From NCBI RefSeq assembly GCF_000315625.1, contig NW_005434662.1:87132-151131 (forward strand): a stretch of DNA of 64,000 nucleotides, written 5' to 3'. The stretch comes from Guillardia theta CCMP2712. Taxonomy: Eukaryota > Protista > Cryptophyta. Position numbers and translations under genes: made by a program. This document shows positions 38,691 through 51,740 of this stretch, piece after piece; the stretch's first letter is position 1; every line of letters starts with the position of its first letter. The notes under the pieces were generated by a model. It was not told where the DNA came from and searched no databases. It was given only the letters and a program-made list of their open reading frames with translations.

Positions 38691-39024
38691 GTTGCTACTC
38701 GTTCTTCAGCCTGCCCGTTCAATGGCGTTCTGACCGGCGGGCCGATAAGTTCCTCAACTTTCCTTTAAAACCCATCAGACTTGATTTTAAATCAGTACCA
38801 CTGATTTTCTTGCTGTAGTCAAGGGTACCTATAAAAATGAATTAAACTATATTTGGATTCATAAAAAGAATTTTAGAAAGGAGGCAGTACAATCCATTTG
38901 GTCTCATCTACAATAATTTTAATTTCAATTACCAAGAACAGGCCTGCCTCGTTTTGATATATATGAATATTGCAGGGCAGCAGAACATATTTGCAGTCTT
39001 TCTACCTCGCAGTGGGGCAACTTC

Positions 39025-39195
39025 AATTACCCATGACCCCTGTTTACTACCGAGATCCACCCAACCTTGGTGACATACAAAGGACCCCTCTATTCACTAC
39101 CAGCAAATATACCCCCCCAATTTACAGTAACAGATTATACCCTAGTGTGATACGTATTACGAAAGTTGTTTTGAACTCTGTGACCCACGCACCTC
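39025..39195 (-). repeat. Short ACCC-rich tract
   Basis: accc/cccc words on +, flanked by AT-rich DNA. Confidence 0.4.
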
Positions 39196-40509
39196 TTTGA
39201 AAATTGAATATTTATCAATGATATTTGAAATTTGTCATTTATTTTCAGAGTTCTAGGTGTAAGGGGCGCAGGGAGCAAGGGGGCACCGGCAAGCTCGCAC
39301 CAGAGCCAGATAGCCGTCAGGTGTGGAGCAGAACAAATCAGTTAGGACAAACACGGCGAGCAGAGCAAAGCAGCAACGACCCAAGGAGTCCTTTCGCTGT
39401 ACCCAACTGGCCATCGTCAGCCGCAGGCGCAGAGGTAAAGCTTCCCTTGCTCGGCCAGACAAGGCGAGGCTGACGGGCCCTGTCCTCCCCTCAATCGTAA
39501 GAGGCTAGCATCAAGCATTCCTACGACAGTAATCTCCAGCCTCATTCAGTGACAATGAGCAGCTGCTGTAACTATATTTGTAGTTCGCTTTCAAAAGATT
39601 CCTGCATTACAAAGTTGAGTTGTGCGTACCAGAAGTCTACCCAATGCTGTAAGCAATTCTTGTTGTGCATGCCCCTCTTTGTCTCAAACTTGCTGTAGGC
39701 AGCATCGATTGCTATTGTCGCTGGTCAGCGGCAGGTGAGATTTTTCTCTGCAACACTGGGTGGTCTGACAGGACAATCGTTGTTGTTTGTTAGGGTCTTG
39801 TGCACCGGTCACACGTGTGTCTGGAACATTGATTATCATGCGTGCATGGCCTTATCTACTGGCTTTTCTTCTCCTCAGCTTCATATGTTGTTGCCTTAGG
39901 TAGGAATACCACCAAGATGTTTTTGTTGAAATCATGACCTCTGATGCTTATTTTCTTCCAGCCGAAAATTGCTTACGATGGAGGATGCAGAAAACAGAGC
40001 TCGTTCGTCAAATAATGTGTTTATTGCTTCATTGAGTACTTCTGTTCAAGACACTCTGGAACATGACTCGATAGAAATGCAATTGGAAGAGATTCTTAGC
40101 ACAACTGGAAGTTGTAGTCGAATACTCAGGTTCGTTTGCCACGTTGAATCTAGCTTCGAAGCTCAAGATTTTATGCTGTTGTAACAGGGCAAAAATCCAT
40201 TACAGCCTTCACACAAGGGGAAAGGTGCTACAACGGATGACTTCGTTTTGCGAATACTCATTCAAAATCTGCAGATTCTCAAAAGATCCAAGTACGTCTT
40301 TCACAATTATGTTTCGATTTCGATGTCGCCCTTTTTCACACAGCTTCTTGTAGTGTTGTTTACAACGAAACTATGCCAGAACCATTGCTGGAAACGAACA
40401 ATGCGCAGAACCAACTTTTTCATGTACGTTGAAGCTCCATCTGATCCTGATAGACACCTCCATCATTGTTGCCATTGGCAATTTCCCAGGTACTAAAATG
40501 ATCTGTGCA

Positions 40510-41240
40510 GGTTGAAGCGGCCGCGCCTCGCGCTTAGGTACCGTACAATCATCGTGATTGGCCGGTGGCACTCGACTCAGCGGCAGTGCCACCGTGCCGA
40601 TCATATGATCGGATGATGATCAGCGCGCCCGGCCGCGACGGTCGGACAGCCGCCCGGCCGTCTAGCAAAGCGGAGCGGCCGGGCTCACAAGATTCCGGAA
40701 TGATTCCGATGATCGGACGGCGGCACCGCCCGGCCGGCGGCCGCTGATGAACGGTTTCAAGCAAGTTTAAGGGTTGATGTTGTTTCACAAGGTAGTAGCT
40801 TTCAAGGTATATACAGTATATGTCACTGAGTCACTGTCACATTGAAGACGGTCACCACGGTGACCCGGTTCAAGTCAGTGATCATCGCCGGGGCAGGACT
40901 CGTCCGATCCGTACGCGGCCCGGTCCGAGTGTCGGGTGACGGCGACGACCGTCTACGGGTACGGTACTACTTAACTCTGAGTAAAGGCACAGTACTCCGT
41001 AGCACGGTACGGTCGAACGGTCGTGCCCCTTTTTACTCAACGGTCACTCACCGTCACTGCTCAGCCGGAGCCTCTGAGTGCCGCGGCGGCCGGGCGCCGG
41101 CGGCCGGGCGGCTCAGTAGTGCCTCTTCCCCGCTCAGTCCCCTCTCGCGCAGGGCGGCAGGAGGGGCGGCAGAGGGCAGGCAGGAGGGCAGGTCCAACCA
41201 AGCCTGGGACAGGCAAGAGGGCAGGCAGTTGAGGGAGGTA
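40510..41240. repeat. GC-rich palindrome-word island 3
   Basis: CCGG/GTAC/GATC/ACGGT-rich; TGAGTCA at 40827; tacttaactctgagtaaagg at ~40968; (agggc[a/g]g)n cluster at 41150-41225. Confidence 0.7.
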
Positions 41241-41543
41241 GAGACTGTTGGTGATCCCTCGTCGTAGCAGCTCTGCGTTTGCTTGGGATCCCTTCCTCTC
41301 TCCGCTTCTTCCGACCGTCCTTGATAACTTGCGCCACATCCTAGTTTGTTACGACACTTAATTTCTCGGCTCTTCGCTCCCCTGAGGTGCATCAAGAGTC
41401 TCGTCGGTACTGCTGGTCCAGCCCCTCTTTTCGTAGCTCTTCACCTCCTATCTGAGATCTTCTTGCATTGTCTTGTTTGTTGCTTGCGGGGATTTGAATC
41501 GCTTCCTGTCAGAACTAGGAGGCAACCATAGCGGGTCCTGAAC

Positions 41544-42284
41544 ATGAGGACGAGGCACCTCATCGTCGCTATCATGTTTGCTCACCTACTGGCTTGTCAT
41601 ACAGCCAAGAATAATCTCAAAGACCCGGAGGATGACCCGGCAGCTGAGTATGATGAAATGGCGCATGAGTCGGAAGGGGCTGCAACGCATGCCGACTCGG
41701 CTTTCGAGCAATACACAGAACGGCTGCAGCAACAGTTAGAGTCTCTGAGGAAAGAGCACGACGAGATATTTGGCAGAGCAGACACGAACAAAGATGGCAT
41801 CATGGACAAAGCCGAGTACATTGCCTTGCATCGAGAGGCAGAGAACGTAGAGAAATCGGATCGCTACAATCAAACGGAACTAGACGAGGGGTATGCGAGT
41901 CTGGACAAGGATCAGAACAACCTTTTGAGCCTTGAGGAGTGGCGGAGACCATTCGAAGAACACACTGACTCATGGTTGCACATAACAGACGCAGAGGCAC
42001 AGCACGAAGCGCACATCGCTCGATACAAGGAAGTCTTCAATCAAATCGACAGGATGAGGGACGGAGAACTTGACTTGTACGAGCTGCAGATAGAAGTTGA
42101 AAACCTTCACGCACGGAGAAAAGCCATGGAAGAAGATGAAGACGAGGAGGAGTCTATCTCAGGTACCAAGGACCGAGTTGTGAAAATATCTGGATCAGAT
42201 ATGCTGCTGATGATGGATATCGACAAGAACGGAAAAGTTTCTTTTGAAGAATATTTGATTGGAAGCGAACTGATGAACGAATAA
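41544..42284 (+). CDS. Secreted/ER EF-hand calcium-binding protein (4 EF-hands, CREC-like), intronless
   Basis: Signal peptide MRTRHLIVAIMFAHLLACHTA; loops DTNKDGIMDKAE, DKDQNNLLSLEE, DRMRDGELDLYE and DIDKNGKVSFEE; acidic overall. Confidence 0.85.
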   Translation: MRTRHLIVAIMFAHLLACHTAKNNLKDPEDDPAAEYDEMAHESEGAATHADSAFEQYTERLQQQLESLRKEHDEIFGRADTNKDGIMDKAEYIALHREAENVEKSDRYNQTELDEGYASLDKDQNNLLSLEEWRRPFEEHTDSWLHITDAEAQHEAHIARYKEVFNQIDRMRDGELDLYELQIEVENLHARRKAMEEDEDEEESISGTKDRVVKISGSDMLLMMDIDKNGKVSFEEYLIGSELMNE

Positions 42285-42479
42285 GTGGATTAGCTTCTAG
42301 GTTCATCATCAGCATTTTTCTCTTCCTGTTTGCCAGTGATAGAGATTACCGTGACTGACTCAAAGTGACTCTTGAAGCATCAAGTTTCAAGTGTGCAAAG
42401 TTTTCAAACCCCCGAGCCGAAGAGAGCACTTTGTTTCAATAATCTCGTATTAGAGTTTCAATATTTTCGTAAAGACTCG

Positions 42480-43460
42480 AAAGTCAGAAGCCCGGCGGCT
42501 CGCTCAGGCTCGGACTCGCCGACCGGGGACCGCGCCGCCGCTCGCCGGGCGCCGCGGCCGCCGCGGCCCGGCCCGTCGCAGGACGGTCCGACGACCGTGC
42601 AATGCGGCCCACCGTGACTGGCGGCTGGGCGGCTCAAGGTTCAAATCAACAGGTCCGAAGTTGGCACCCGGTCAGTGCTAGCCTAGTATGCCAGGTCCGA
42701 GGCTGGCACATTTCAAGTTTGTGACTCGGCACGGTCCCGGCCCGGCCGGCCGGGGCCCGGCCGGGGCGGCCCGCCGGGCCGGGGGCCCGGGCGGCCGGGG
42801 CCCGGGCCACTGCCCGCAGTCGCCGTGCCGGTTCGACCGTCGGACGGCCGCTGAACGGCCCCCCGCCGTCAGTACGGTACTGAGGCCGACTTGCCAGGGG
42901 CATCCGGTGGGCGCGGCGGCGCGGCGGGCCGCGACGCGCCCCCGCCCGCGCTCGCGGACCGCCCGCGCGGCCGCCGGGCCCGGCCTGCCAGTGCCAGGGC
43001 GCCCGGTGACGGCGCGCCGCCGGCGGCCCTCAGCAGTCGGACGGCTTTTTCAAACCGGCCGGGCCGGGCGCCGGGCCGCCGGCGGCGCGGCGGCCGCCGG
43101 GCGGCCGAGTCAGGCGCACCGTACTGCGGCATGCCATCATGACGCCGTGAGTGATGCCATCATTCATTACTGATAGTAATGACTCCGAGTCCGGACCGCC
43201 GTGCAGCCTTGAGTCACTGTGACTGGCTCCTCAGTGGCAGCTCGGCATGATTGGTCCGACTGCCGCACCGCGGCCGCCCGGCCGGGTACGGTGGGTATCC
43301 GGGCCGGCCCCGGCGGCCGGGCTAGCCGATCCGATCGGATCACTGTCACCGATCACGGCGGATCCCGGCCCGGCCGCCGCACTGCAGGCCGCCGAGGCTC
43401 AGCTGCCAGCTGAGTGATCCGGGCCACCGAAGGACCGGAGTACGGTACCTTTGAGTAAGG
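42480..43460. repeat. GC-rich palindrome-word island 4
   Basis: Extreme CCGG/GGCC/CGCG density; TGAGTCA at 43210; gtacggtacctttgagtaagg at ~43440. Confidence 0.7.
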
Positions 43461-43684
43461 TAATCCCACTGTCCGAACTGTCTTTATGCGTGCAATCCGC
43501 AGGTAGTACAATTTTTTGGTCCCCAGAGGTTGCAGCTGCTGACGTGGCGAAAACATTCCGAACCACAACCGAAGGGGAGTCCTTTCGACGACGGATCCAG
43601 GTGGCAGAGGTTTGTAAGGTGCTTGCTGACTGTTCTCGATCCTTCTGTAGCTGTTCTAAGGTATTCGCGAGATTTCTATTGTTA

Positions 43685-44480
43685 AATACCCCCACCATCC
43701 ACTCACTACCCCTTTCTTCCTCTGGGCGGATGAGCATGACGTGTGACCCTATCGCACCCTCCCGTTCCCTGGTTACTCACACAGGGCCCACTGACAAGCT
43801 AATTTCCTCACCTCTTATGGGTCGGCAGTCCATAACCCCCACCCTCCTCGTTTACTTGAGTTTTACGGGTGATGTGGAACTGATCCTAAAACCCTTTTTA
43901 AACAGCTATTTTACCACAGACCCCTGACAGCTACCCTACCACATGAATAGAGTCCGGATGAGTGTTGATAAGGGGTGGTCACTATGCAAAGGTATAAAAA
44001 GATCCATTTAAATATCCCTTATGCGTTACGTCAGCTCAAAAATACTTTTGGCGTAAAATATTTTTAAAGGGGGGCAAGGGTAATGCTACCCTACCACCTA
44101 TTTCATAGAGATTCGCAGGGGTACCTCGACTGTTGGGTACCCCCTTACCATCCTGTTCCTCACATGTCCTCTTACCCCACCCCCTTCTTTGAGCCGTTTT
44201 GGACCCACGTGCAGTGGCTCCATCGCACATGCGCCTCACCCCACCCCACCTACCCCTTAGCCGCTCTCACGTCCACTCGCAAATCAAAGTTCACAGGCGG
44301 TCAATGCACATATAGAGCCATGTCCTCGCCCTCTCCTCTGCTCCAGTCTCCTGTTCCAGCCCCCTCCACTTCCCTCCTTCCCTCCTTCCCTCCTTCAGGC
44401 TGTTGCTGGCATCTTGTTGTGCTCCTAGCCCATTCCTTTCTCGATGTTCCAGTTCTTGCCTCTACTGCCCTCACAGTCTG
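43685..44480 (-). repeat. ACCC-rich tract (43685-44265) followed by a CT-rich tract
   Basis: accc/taccc words, then a ctcc/ttcc tract upstream of the HSF gene. Confidence 0.55.
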
Positions 44481-44860
44481 TTTGTCTTTGGCAACTGCCA
44501 GTCCTTGACGAGCAATCATGCCAACACCTGTTGGCATAACTACTTGACCATCTTTACAATTTCATTATCTCACTTCATAATACTGACTTTGTCCCTCCGA
44601 TCTCTTTCTAAAGGAGCTGAGAAACTGGGAACACTATGTCTTGTTGTACACCACAACATCCTAGTTCTAGTTCAGTTTCTGGAACAAAAAAGAATGCAGT
44701 GCTTGATGAGCGAAGACATCAGTGAAACTCTCATGTTTTTGTAACCGTCACATCTTGTCATTTTTCACTTGCTACTTCTTGTTGGCCCTTGAATGTTTTT
44801 GAATGCAAGTGGTCCACAAATTTCATGTCGCTTACACAGTGTGCAGGTTCATAGTGGAGG

Positions 44861-46593
44861 ATGGAGGACAACCAATCCACTCTCTCATCGTTCATCGTCA
44901 AGCTCACCCTCATGCTCAAGGATGCTACAGCATACCCTTACATCTCGTGGTCTCACTCCGGGGAGAGCATAGTCGTCACAGACCCAACTGCGTTTGCCAT
45001 AAAAGTTCTGCCGAGGTAAGCAAATACCCGGACCCCCCGCTTCCTCCTCATGCTTGTTCTCATCTGGTCTGTGGCAGGTATTTCAAACATGGAAATTTTG
45101 CTTCTTTCGTCAGGCAGCTCAATCTCTACGGATTTCACAAGACTTCGCAAGAGGCAACAGCTTGCGAATTCACCAACCCCCTGTTTCGGTATGAAGAGGC
45201 GGCAAGGTGAAATGAAGCGATGACGTGGAGTGTAGGAGGGGAGACGAGCACCTGCTGAAAGCTATCAGGAGGAAGGTACCGAAAGACCCGCAAGACAAGG
45301 AGCTCTTCAACGTTGCGTGCGAGAGCGAGAGGCTGATGAAAGACTTTGCTGACTTGAGGTGAGGGAGGAGGAGGGGGGGGGGGGTGACGGTGAGTGACCG
45401 GGTTGCGATGGATCAGATCCAAGTATGAGAAGCTTGAAAGTGCACTGCAGCAGAAGGAGGCTGAGAAGCAGATGATCGTCAACGAGCTCATGCAGAGCAA
45501 GCAGCGACAAGAGGTTGGGGAAGAGGGAGGCAGCGTGAGCAGCTGACGGCATGTCAGGTCTTTGAAGCCCGTCTTGACAAGATGGTTCAAGTCTTGATGA
45601 AAGCTTGCTCTTCTGTCGGAATATCTCCCCTGCCCTGCTCGGGCAGCAAGCGGCAGATCATGGACTTGGACGGCAAGAGCAGCGTCAAGCGCCCTTGCCT
45701 GCTGGTAAGGATGCAGGATGTGAGGGAGGAGGAGGCTAACGAGTCGAGTAGGAGGGGATTGACGGAGAGATGGCGGGCGGGAGGATCGACCATGTGAAGA
45801 TGGACGAGTGGCTTGACTCTCTTCTTACTGATACTCTTGGGGATGCCAAGAATGCACTAAAGGTTCGCCATAACCTCCTCCTCCTCCTCCTCCTCCTCTT
45901 CAACCAACCCCTACCCTCCCCCTTCCTGTCCCCATTCCCCTTCCTCCTCTGCAAGTTTCGCCTACTCTTGTCTCCTGCTCCCCGTCGCAGTCTGATTGTT
46001 GCTCAGTCCCAAGAATGGACGGCAGGGCGCGAGCCTCTCAAGCTCACCAACGGGAAGCAGAGCAGCCGGAAAGATAGCATGGAGGAAGCAGCGAAGCAGC
46101 AAGACAGGTGACCTTGCCGTTCGTTGCTCCTCCTCCATTGACCATTGTTGTGTCAGCATCGTCCTCGCTCTGGACGAGCCGCTAGAGGAGGTGCTGTTCG
46201 AGCAACATGCTCCTCTCGAGATTGGCGACGGCCCTGCTGCAGACCTGTCAGAGAACATGGTAGCCAGCATCGCACAGCCAGCAGCGATGCCGTTGGAGGA
46301 GGCACCAGCACAGGTCCTTGCCATCTTCCTCCTCCTACCCTGCTTACCATCCCACATCACTGCTTCCCGCCTGTCTTGTCCTTTTGTCTTCACCTCCTCC
46401 TCCATTTCCTCGCTAACGATCGCGACAGCTCGAGAGCGTGCGGCTCGATAGTCAGACCCTCGATCTCGACAACTTGCTGGGCATTTCGGAGCAGGAGAAC
46501 GACTTGGAATCACTGATGGGTGCTCAGCAGTCAGTTGGGATGCGGGCGGGATCGTTACTGTTGCCTCGGACGGAGATCGCAAGTAAAGTGTGA
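44861..46593 (+). CDS. HSF: Heat shock transcription factor (HSF DNA-binding domain plus HR-A/B coiled coil)
   Basis: SFIVKLTLMLKD...ISWSHSGESIVVTDPTAFAIKVLP|RYFKHGNFASFVRQLNLYGFHK...EFTNPLFR|RGDEHLLKAIRRK; heptad region follows; acidic C-terminus ending TEIASKV*. Confidence 0.93.
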
Positions 46594-46699
46594 AGAAGGT
46601 TGTACAAACAAAGTGAAGGCCTGTTGGCTCGGTGATGTAATGAATGTATTTTACTTACAATGTTGATACGCTACTGCTGCTGCTCCTGCTGCCCTCATT

Positions 46700-49139
46700 G
46701 TCCTCTCCTCACCCCTAGCGTGAGTTATCTTCGTCGTGCCTCCTGCCTCCACCTTCACTGTTTGGTCGATGGCAACCTTCCTTCTCTCCCACCCCTTTAT
46801 CATGTCAGTTGAACCCCCTCACCTCCTCTCTCCTCTAGCTCCCTCCTCTCCTCCCTTCCCCTCTCGATCCCCGGAGCTTCTCCTCGTCTCCTCCCACCTG
46901 ATTCGGCGCAGAGGAGTGTTGGCGTCTGCGTTCTTGAGAACCTTCAGGGGGCGTGAGCCGCCGGAGGGAGGGAGAGACGAAGTAGAGGAGCGAAGAGCGA
47001 GGGGATGGGGGGAGGACAGAAACTTGAGAGAAGTGCGGGAAGGAGGAAGACTGGGAAGTGGATGGGGGAGGCTGAGGGCAGGGAAGGAGGAGGGAGGGGG
47101 AAGGAGGAGGTAGAGGGCAGACAAGGAGAGAGGAGGGAGGAGGGAGGAGGGAGGAGGGAGGAGGGAGGAGGGAGGAGGGAGGAGGGAGGAGGGAGAGGAG
47201 AGCCTCGGACCTTGGGCGCTCGCATGTGATCCAACATGGTTTTTGACTTGGCTCTTGCAACCTGAACCTCTTCAGCCCACATCACATCCTCCTCTTGCTC
47301 CTCTTGCTCGTCCTCCCTCGCCTTCTTCCAACAGCTCCCACTCCTTCCTCCTTCACCTGGAGCGTCTGGTCTGAGTGTAAGAGGACGATATTCCTGCATG
47401 CCTGAGTGAGAAGGACAGGAACAAGACGGAAAGAGGAGGAACAAGGGAGCCTTGACGTCCACAACAAGGAGGATGGAGGAAGAAGGTGGGGGGCTGAGAG
47501 GGGTGGAGAGGGAGCGTAAGGATAGATGGAGGGATTTACCTCAACTCGTTGGTTGAAAGATTGCAGCCATAGTGAGGATAAGATCTGCGAAGCGATGAGA
47601 GTAGGCGAAGAGGAAGCGAGCGCGAAAGAGGAAGGGAGGNNNNNNNNNNNNNNNNNNNNNNNNNNNNNNNNNNNNNNNNNNNNNNNNNNNNNNNNNNNNN
47701 NNNNNNNNNNNNNNNNNNNNNNNNNNNNNNNNNNNNNNNTTGGTCTTGGAGAACCAGTGGAGGATGTGGAGGATGACTCGCTCACGGCTGAGGCCGCAGG
47801 GGACCTGAGGGGAGGGAAGAGAGTCAGGGAGCTAGAGATCCAATATGAAGCGAAAGAGGAGAAGGAGAAGGGGAGGAGGAGGGGGAGCGGGAGGCAGAGG
47901 AGGAGAAAACCTCAATGTAATCGTCTCCTCCCCCTGCTATTGTCAGAAAGTCGTCCACCGATTGCCACTTTCCCTCCCAGAGGAGAGCAACCAGTGCTTC
48001 TGACCGGCCAACACAGCAATCCTGCCGAATGCGTCAGGTAGGAGGTGGAGGAGGAGGAGGAGGAGGAGGAGACCTGTGCTGAGCAGAAGACCACGCTGAC
48101 AGCAGGGAGACCTCCGAAGAGATTGAGAGCTTGCGTGCGACTTTGCACTGTGTTGCCTCCGATGATCTGGAAGGGAGAGATGGTGAGCGGCGGAGAAGGG
48201 AGCAGGGGAAGGAAGAGGACACAAACAGCTGGATAAGGGAGGAGGGGGAAGGAGACGGAAAAGCAAGGGTAACGACGAGGGGAAAGAGCGTGTGGGAGGA
48301 GGAGAGCAGGGGGAGGGAGGGAAGAGCAGGTTCAAGTTCACCAAGGGAGCAACGTGCTGCCTGCTGACGGTCTGTGTAGTTCCGCACTGCCAGCACCTGA
48401 CATCGCAGCCCTCGCAGACATCCTCGGGAATTTCCTTTCCTGTCCACTGGTGAGGACGAGGAGGAGACGGGGAGAGAGGGAGTGTGTGGAGATGATGATG
48501 ATGGTGATGATGATGAGGGGAAGGGAGGGAGAGAGGTGGAAGGAGATCGATGCTGTAAGGAGAGGAGAGGAAGGGAAGAGATCGGGCAGAACGATGAGGA
48601 AACGATGGACATCTACCAGTGAATCCTGTGAGAAAGAAAGCAGAGGGGATGGGGATGTGTTGAGGAGGAGATTCCAAGAGTTCCAGGTGAGGAGGAGCAG
48701 AGCTGCAAGGAGGTCGTCTCGGAGTTGAAACCTGCAAGACCCTCAGGCTTGAGTACGAGGAGAGGAGCAAGCAAGCAAGCAAACGGACCGTCTCTCCTCT
48801 ACTCTCCTTCTCCCTCGCCTCCCGCAAGCTCTGCTCCTCTCTTGCAAGCTTCGATGCTTTGCTGATCCTCTTGCTCTCCACCTCCTCATCCGTCAACGCC
48901 GCTCGTCCTCCCCACCCCTGAATCGATCGTGCTGCTCCTTCACTCCTCCTGCTGCAAGATCAACACAGGTGCAGACAAGTTGCGTCGGAGGCGAGTAGGA
49001 TGAAGAAGTCTAGAAGGAGAGAGAAAGAGAGAGAGAGCGCGCGCGAGCGAGCGAGAGAGAGAGGGAGAGGGAGGGAGGGAGGGAGGGAGGGAGGGAGAGG
49101 GAGGGAGGGAGCGGAGAGAGAGGAGGAGGAGGAGGGAGG

Positions 49140-49180
<41 letters not shown>

Positions 49181-50750
49181 GGGAGAGGGAGAGGGAGAGG
49201 GAGAGGGAGAGGGAGAGGGAGAGGGAGAGGGAGAGGGAGAGGGAGAAGGACAGGAGGAGAGGCAACGACCAAGCTCCTGAGTTTTTCTTTTCCTCTTCTC
49301 GTTTCCCAGAAATGTTCCCGTTGCAGGAGATATTCTCGGTGTTTGCCCTTTGGTCGCAAGCTCTTCCTGCTCCTGCTTTCTCTCCCTCGCTCTGCGTTTC
49401 CCTTCCTGCCTTCCCGGCGCATATGCGATCCTCAAGGATCTGAGAGCATAAACGAGGAAAAGAGCACTCAATCTCACGTCATGAATAAATTCTGCCATAC
49501 ACCTCTTCTCTCGTCCCCTCCTCCCCTTCCCACACCTTCCCTCCCCCCTGCTCTCAAGGTTCCCTTCTCTCAAAAGTCCTCCCCTCCCCAACACCACCAT
49601 CACATCCCCATCTCGTCTCTTCACCTTGCGGCAGACGTTCAGGTCCATGTGCTTGTCCAGGATGTGCCTGGCGAGCTCTCAGCAAGAGGTTCTAGACCTC
49701 CTCCCTCCTCCTTCCTCACCTGATCTGAGAGCGAGAAAGAGCTGCAGGAAACTCAGCAACCAGCCGCGCTGTCCACCTGCTCTCAGTGCCATCACGTTGC
49801 ATGTCTGCGGGGCAGAGCTGATCTCGTTTTACCTTTCTCGAACGTTCTTGCATGAATCGCAAACCCCGTCATTCTGCGAGAGGGAGAATGCAGATCCCTG
49901 GCTCGACGGTTACACATGATGACTCAGTCCACTAGTAACACCTTGCACTTCCTCTTCGAAGATGGAGATTGGTTCCATCGGCATCTTCAACATGTATCAG
50001 AGGTCTTACAAGACCGACTGGACTATCACCTGTTGTGAAAACTGATCTTCGAGCTCTCCGCCGCTCTTCCTGCTGCAAAAACGATCACCATCGATGGTCA
50101 AGGATGAAGTTGGATCAACCACCATCAGACGAGCTTGTTTCCAGTCGAGCACTTGCTTGAGCCTTGTGAAAGTGCGACGTCTCGTCTTCTGATGAGTCGG
50201 AGAACGAAAACTCTCTCAGGATAGAGCTGGCTACTGTAGAAAGGATCAACAAGTAATCCCTCCCTTCCCCCTCCCCCGTTCTCCCCCCTCCTCCTTCTCT
50301 GCCTCCAAGGAACCTGAGTCTGCTGTCAAGCTCTTGAGACCTGCGGCAGGAAGAGGTGAGCACAACACAAGGACCGCGATACATTCTCACCATCCTTCCT
50401 TCCAATCGAAGAATGGCTCCTGCTTGCATCATAGTTAGCGAACCTTTCAAGAGCTCTAGGTCAGACCTGGCTGCACCTCCCCCTGCTCTTCGTCTCCCTG
50501 CAGCTTCTCGCTCAGAGCAGCATGCCTCATGACGAGCATGCTCACCTGATAGTCCACCGGAGGAGGAGGAGGCAGAGAAAGGTCCATGATACATGATATC
50601 GTGCCTCTGAAACACACGAGGAGAGGCTGTCGGGAAAATGCCAAGTTGGAGAGCCTGGTTTTAGTTCCTGAATCCTTGGAGCATTCCAATGATAGCAAGG
50701 AGATACGGGATCTCAACTCTCTTCGCGAGATGTCCCCGCTACAGTCACCT
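46700..50750 (-). CDS. Hypothetical intron-rich protein containing CxxC pairs (CEGC..CWQCGTTQT; CDSC)
   Basis: Small minus-strand exons between GA/CT low-complexity introns, interrupted by an assembly gap. Domain not identified. Confidence 0.35.
47640..47739. other. Assembly gap (100 N)
   Basis: Run of N. Confidence 1.
49015..49260. repeat. (GA)n/(GGGA)n/(GAGAGG)n compound polypurine microsatellite
   Basis: Directly visible. Confidence 0.9.
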
Positions 50751-51094
50751 GCTAGCCTGCTCGCCACGTCGGATTCAACGTACTGCCCGGATCCTCGCCA
50801 AGAGAAGGAGCAGGAGGGGACGTGGAGGTTACGAGCGAGAAAGAGAGTTGGCAAGGGAGAATGAAAGAGAAGATGGTTGTAAGGAAAGGCAACCTGTTTG
50901 TACAAGTCTGCTGTCACAAGTCGAAACTGTCGCGGTTGTGTTTGTTTTTTTCCTTGTTTTTTCCTTCACTGTAGCCAACGGCCTTCAGCAGGACATCTCA
51001 GGCTGAAATCAAAAGATTGGCAAGTAAAACGAAACGGGATGTATTGTAATTTTGATATTAGGAAAAATATTTCAAAAACTTCTGAAATGAGTTT

Positions 51095-51570
51095 TTCACA
51101 CCCCACCCTGTCAATTCCTTGGATTTCCTGTAGTTTGATGGGTACTATCCGTACCCCTACCCTCTTTGAGCCTTTTTGCGAAACCACAGATGATGGATAA
51201 CCGTCCTTTGCGACCTGGAAGGTCAGAAAGCAGGGTGGGTGGGACATGGACCGGAGGTCTTCAAAAACAAGGGGTATGAGGTAAAGGGGGTTCAGTCTGG
51301 AACTTCTTGGGTGGGGGGATACAACATACTAAAATAGGGGTTTGAAAGTGGAAGTAGGGGTGGTATAAGGAATCAGGGACTGAAGGAGGGGTACTCTAGC
51401 GATGCGATGCGGATAGTCACAGCTTTGGTGGGGGGTGGGTAGCAATGATGATGATGAGGATTGATCGGAATGCACAGCAGGGAATGGAAGGACAGGAAGG
51501 AGAGGAGGAGCAACGCGAAGGGAGGGCAGGAGAGGAAGGAGGAGAAGAAGAGAACGTAGGGGGGAAAGCA
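51095..51570. repeat. ACCC-then-GGGT tract (51095-51440) followed by a GA-rich tract
   Basis: Strand bias flips from accc (~51100-51165) to gggt (~51230-51440); GA tract at 51480-51570; between divergent genes. Confidence 0.5.
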
Positions 51571-51740
51571 AACGAAGACAACTTGGTCGATGTGGAGTGT
51601 GCATGAAAGAAAGGAACGCGCGGAGATATTGATATCCGTTTGATCGCCCCCCTTGCTGTTGTGGAACTGATATTCGTCGCGCAGATAATGCAGACAGTGT
51701 CATTCCATTGAAGTGAAGTGAATCTGCCGGTTGATACGAC

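Noticed and set aside
39258-39530. Possible solo LTR (starts tgtaagggg)
   Set aside because: No matching inverted terminus or TSD found.
39977-40496. Possible small + strand gene (MEDAENRARSS...)
   Set aside because: No recognisable domain and no consistent spliced model; left uncalled.
48370-48450. GATA-type zinc finger call for CWQCGTTQT
   Set aside because: The downstream WR..G...LCNAC half could not be found in adjacent exons.
49000-49443. ORFs of (RE)n/(SL)n/(PS)n, and telomere-like interpretation of the GA repeats
   Set aside because: Intronic GA microsatellite, internal to a gene, with no regular telomeric unit.
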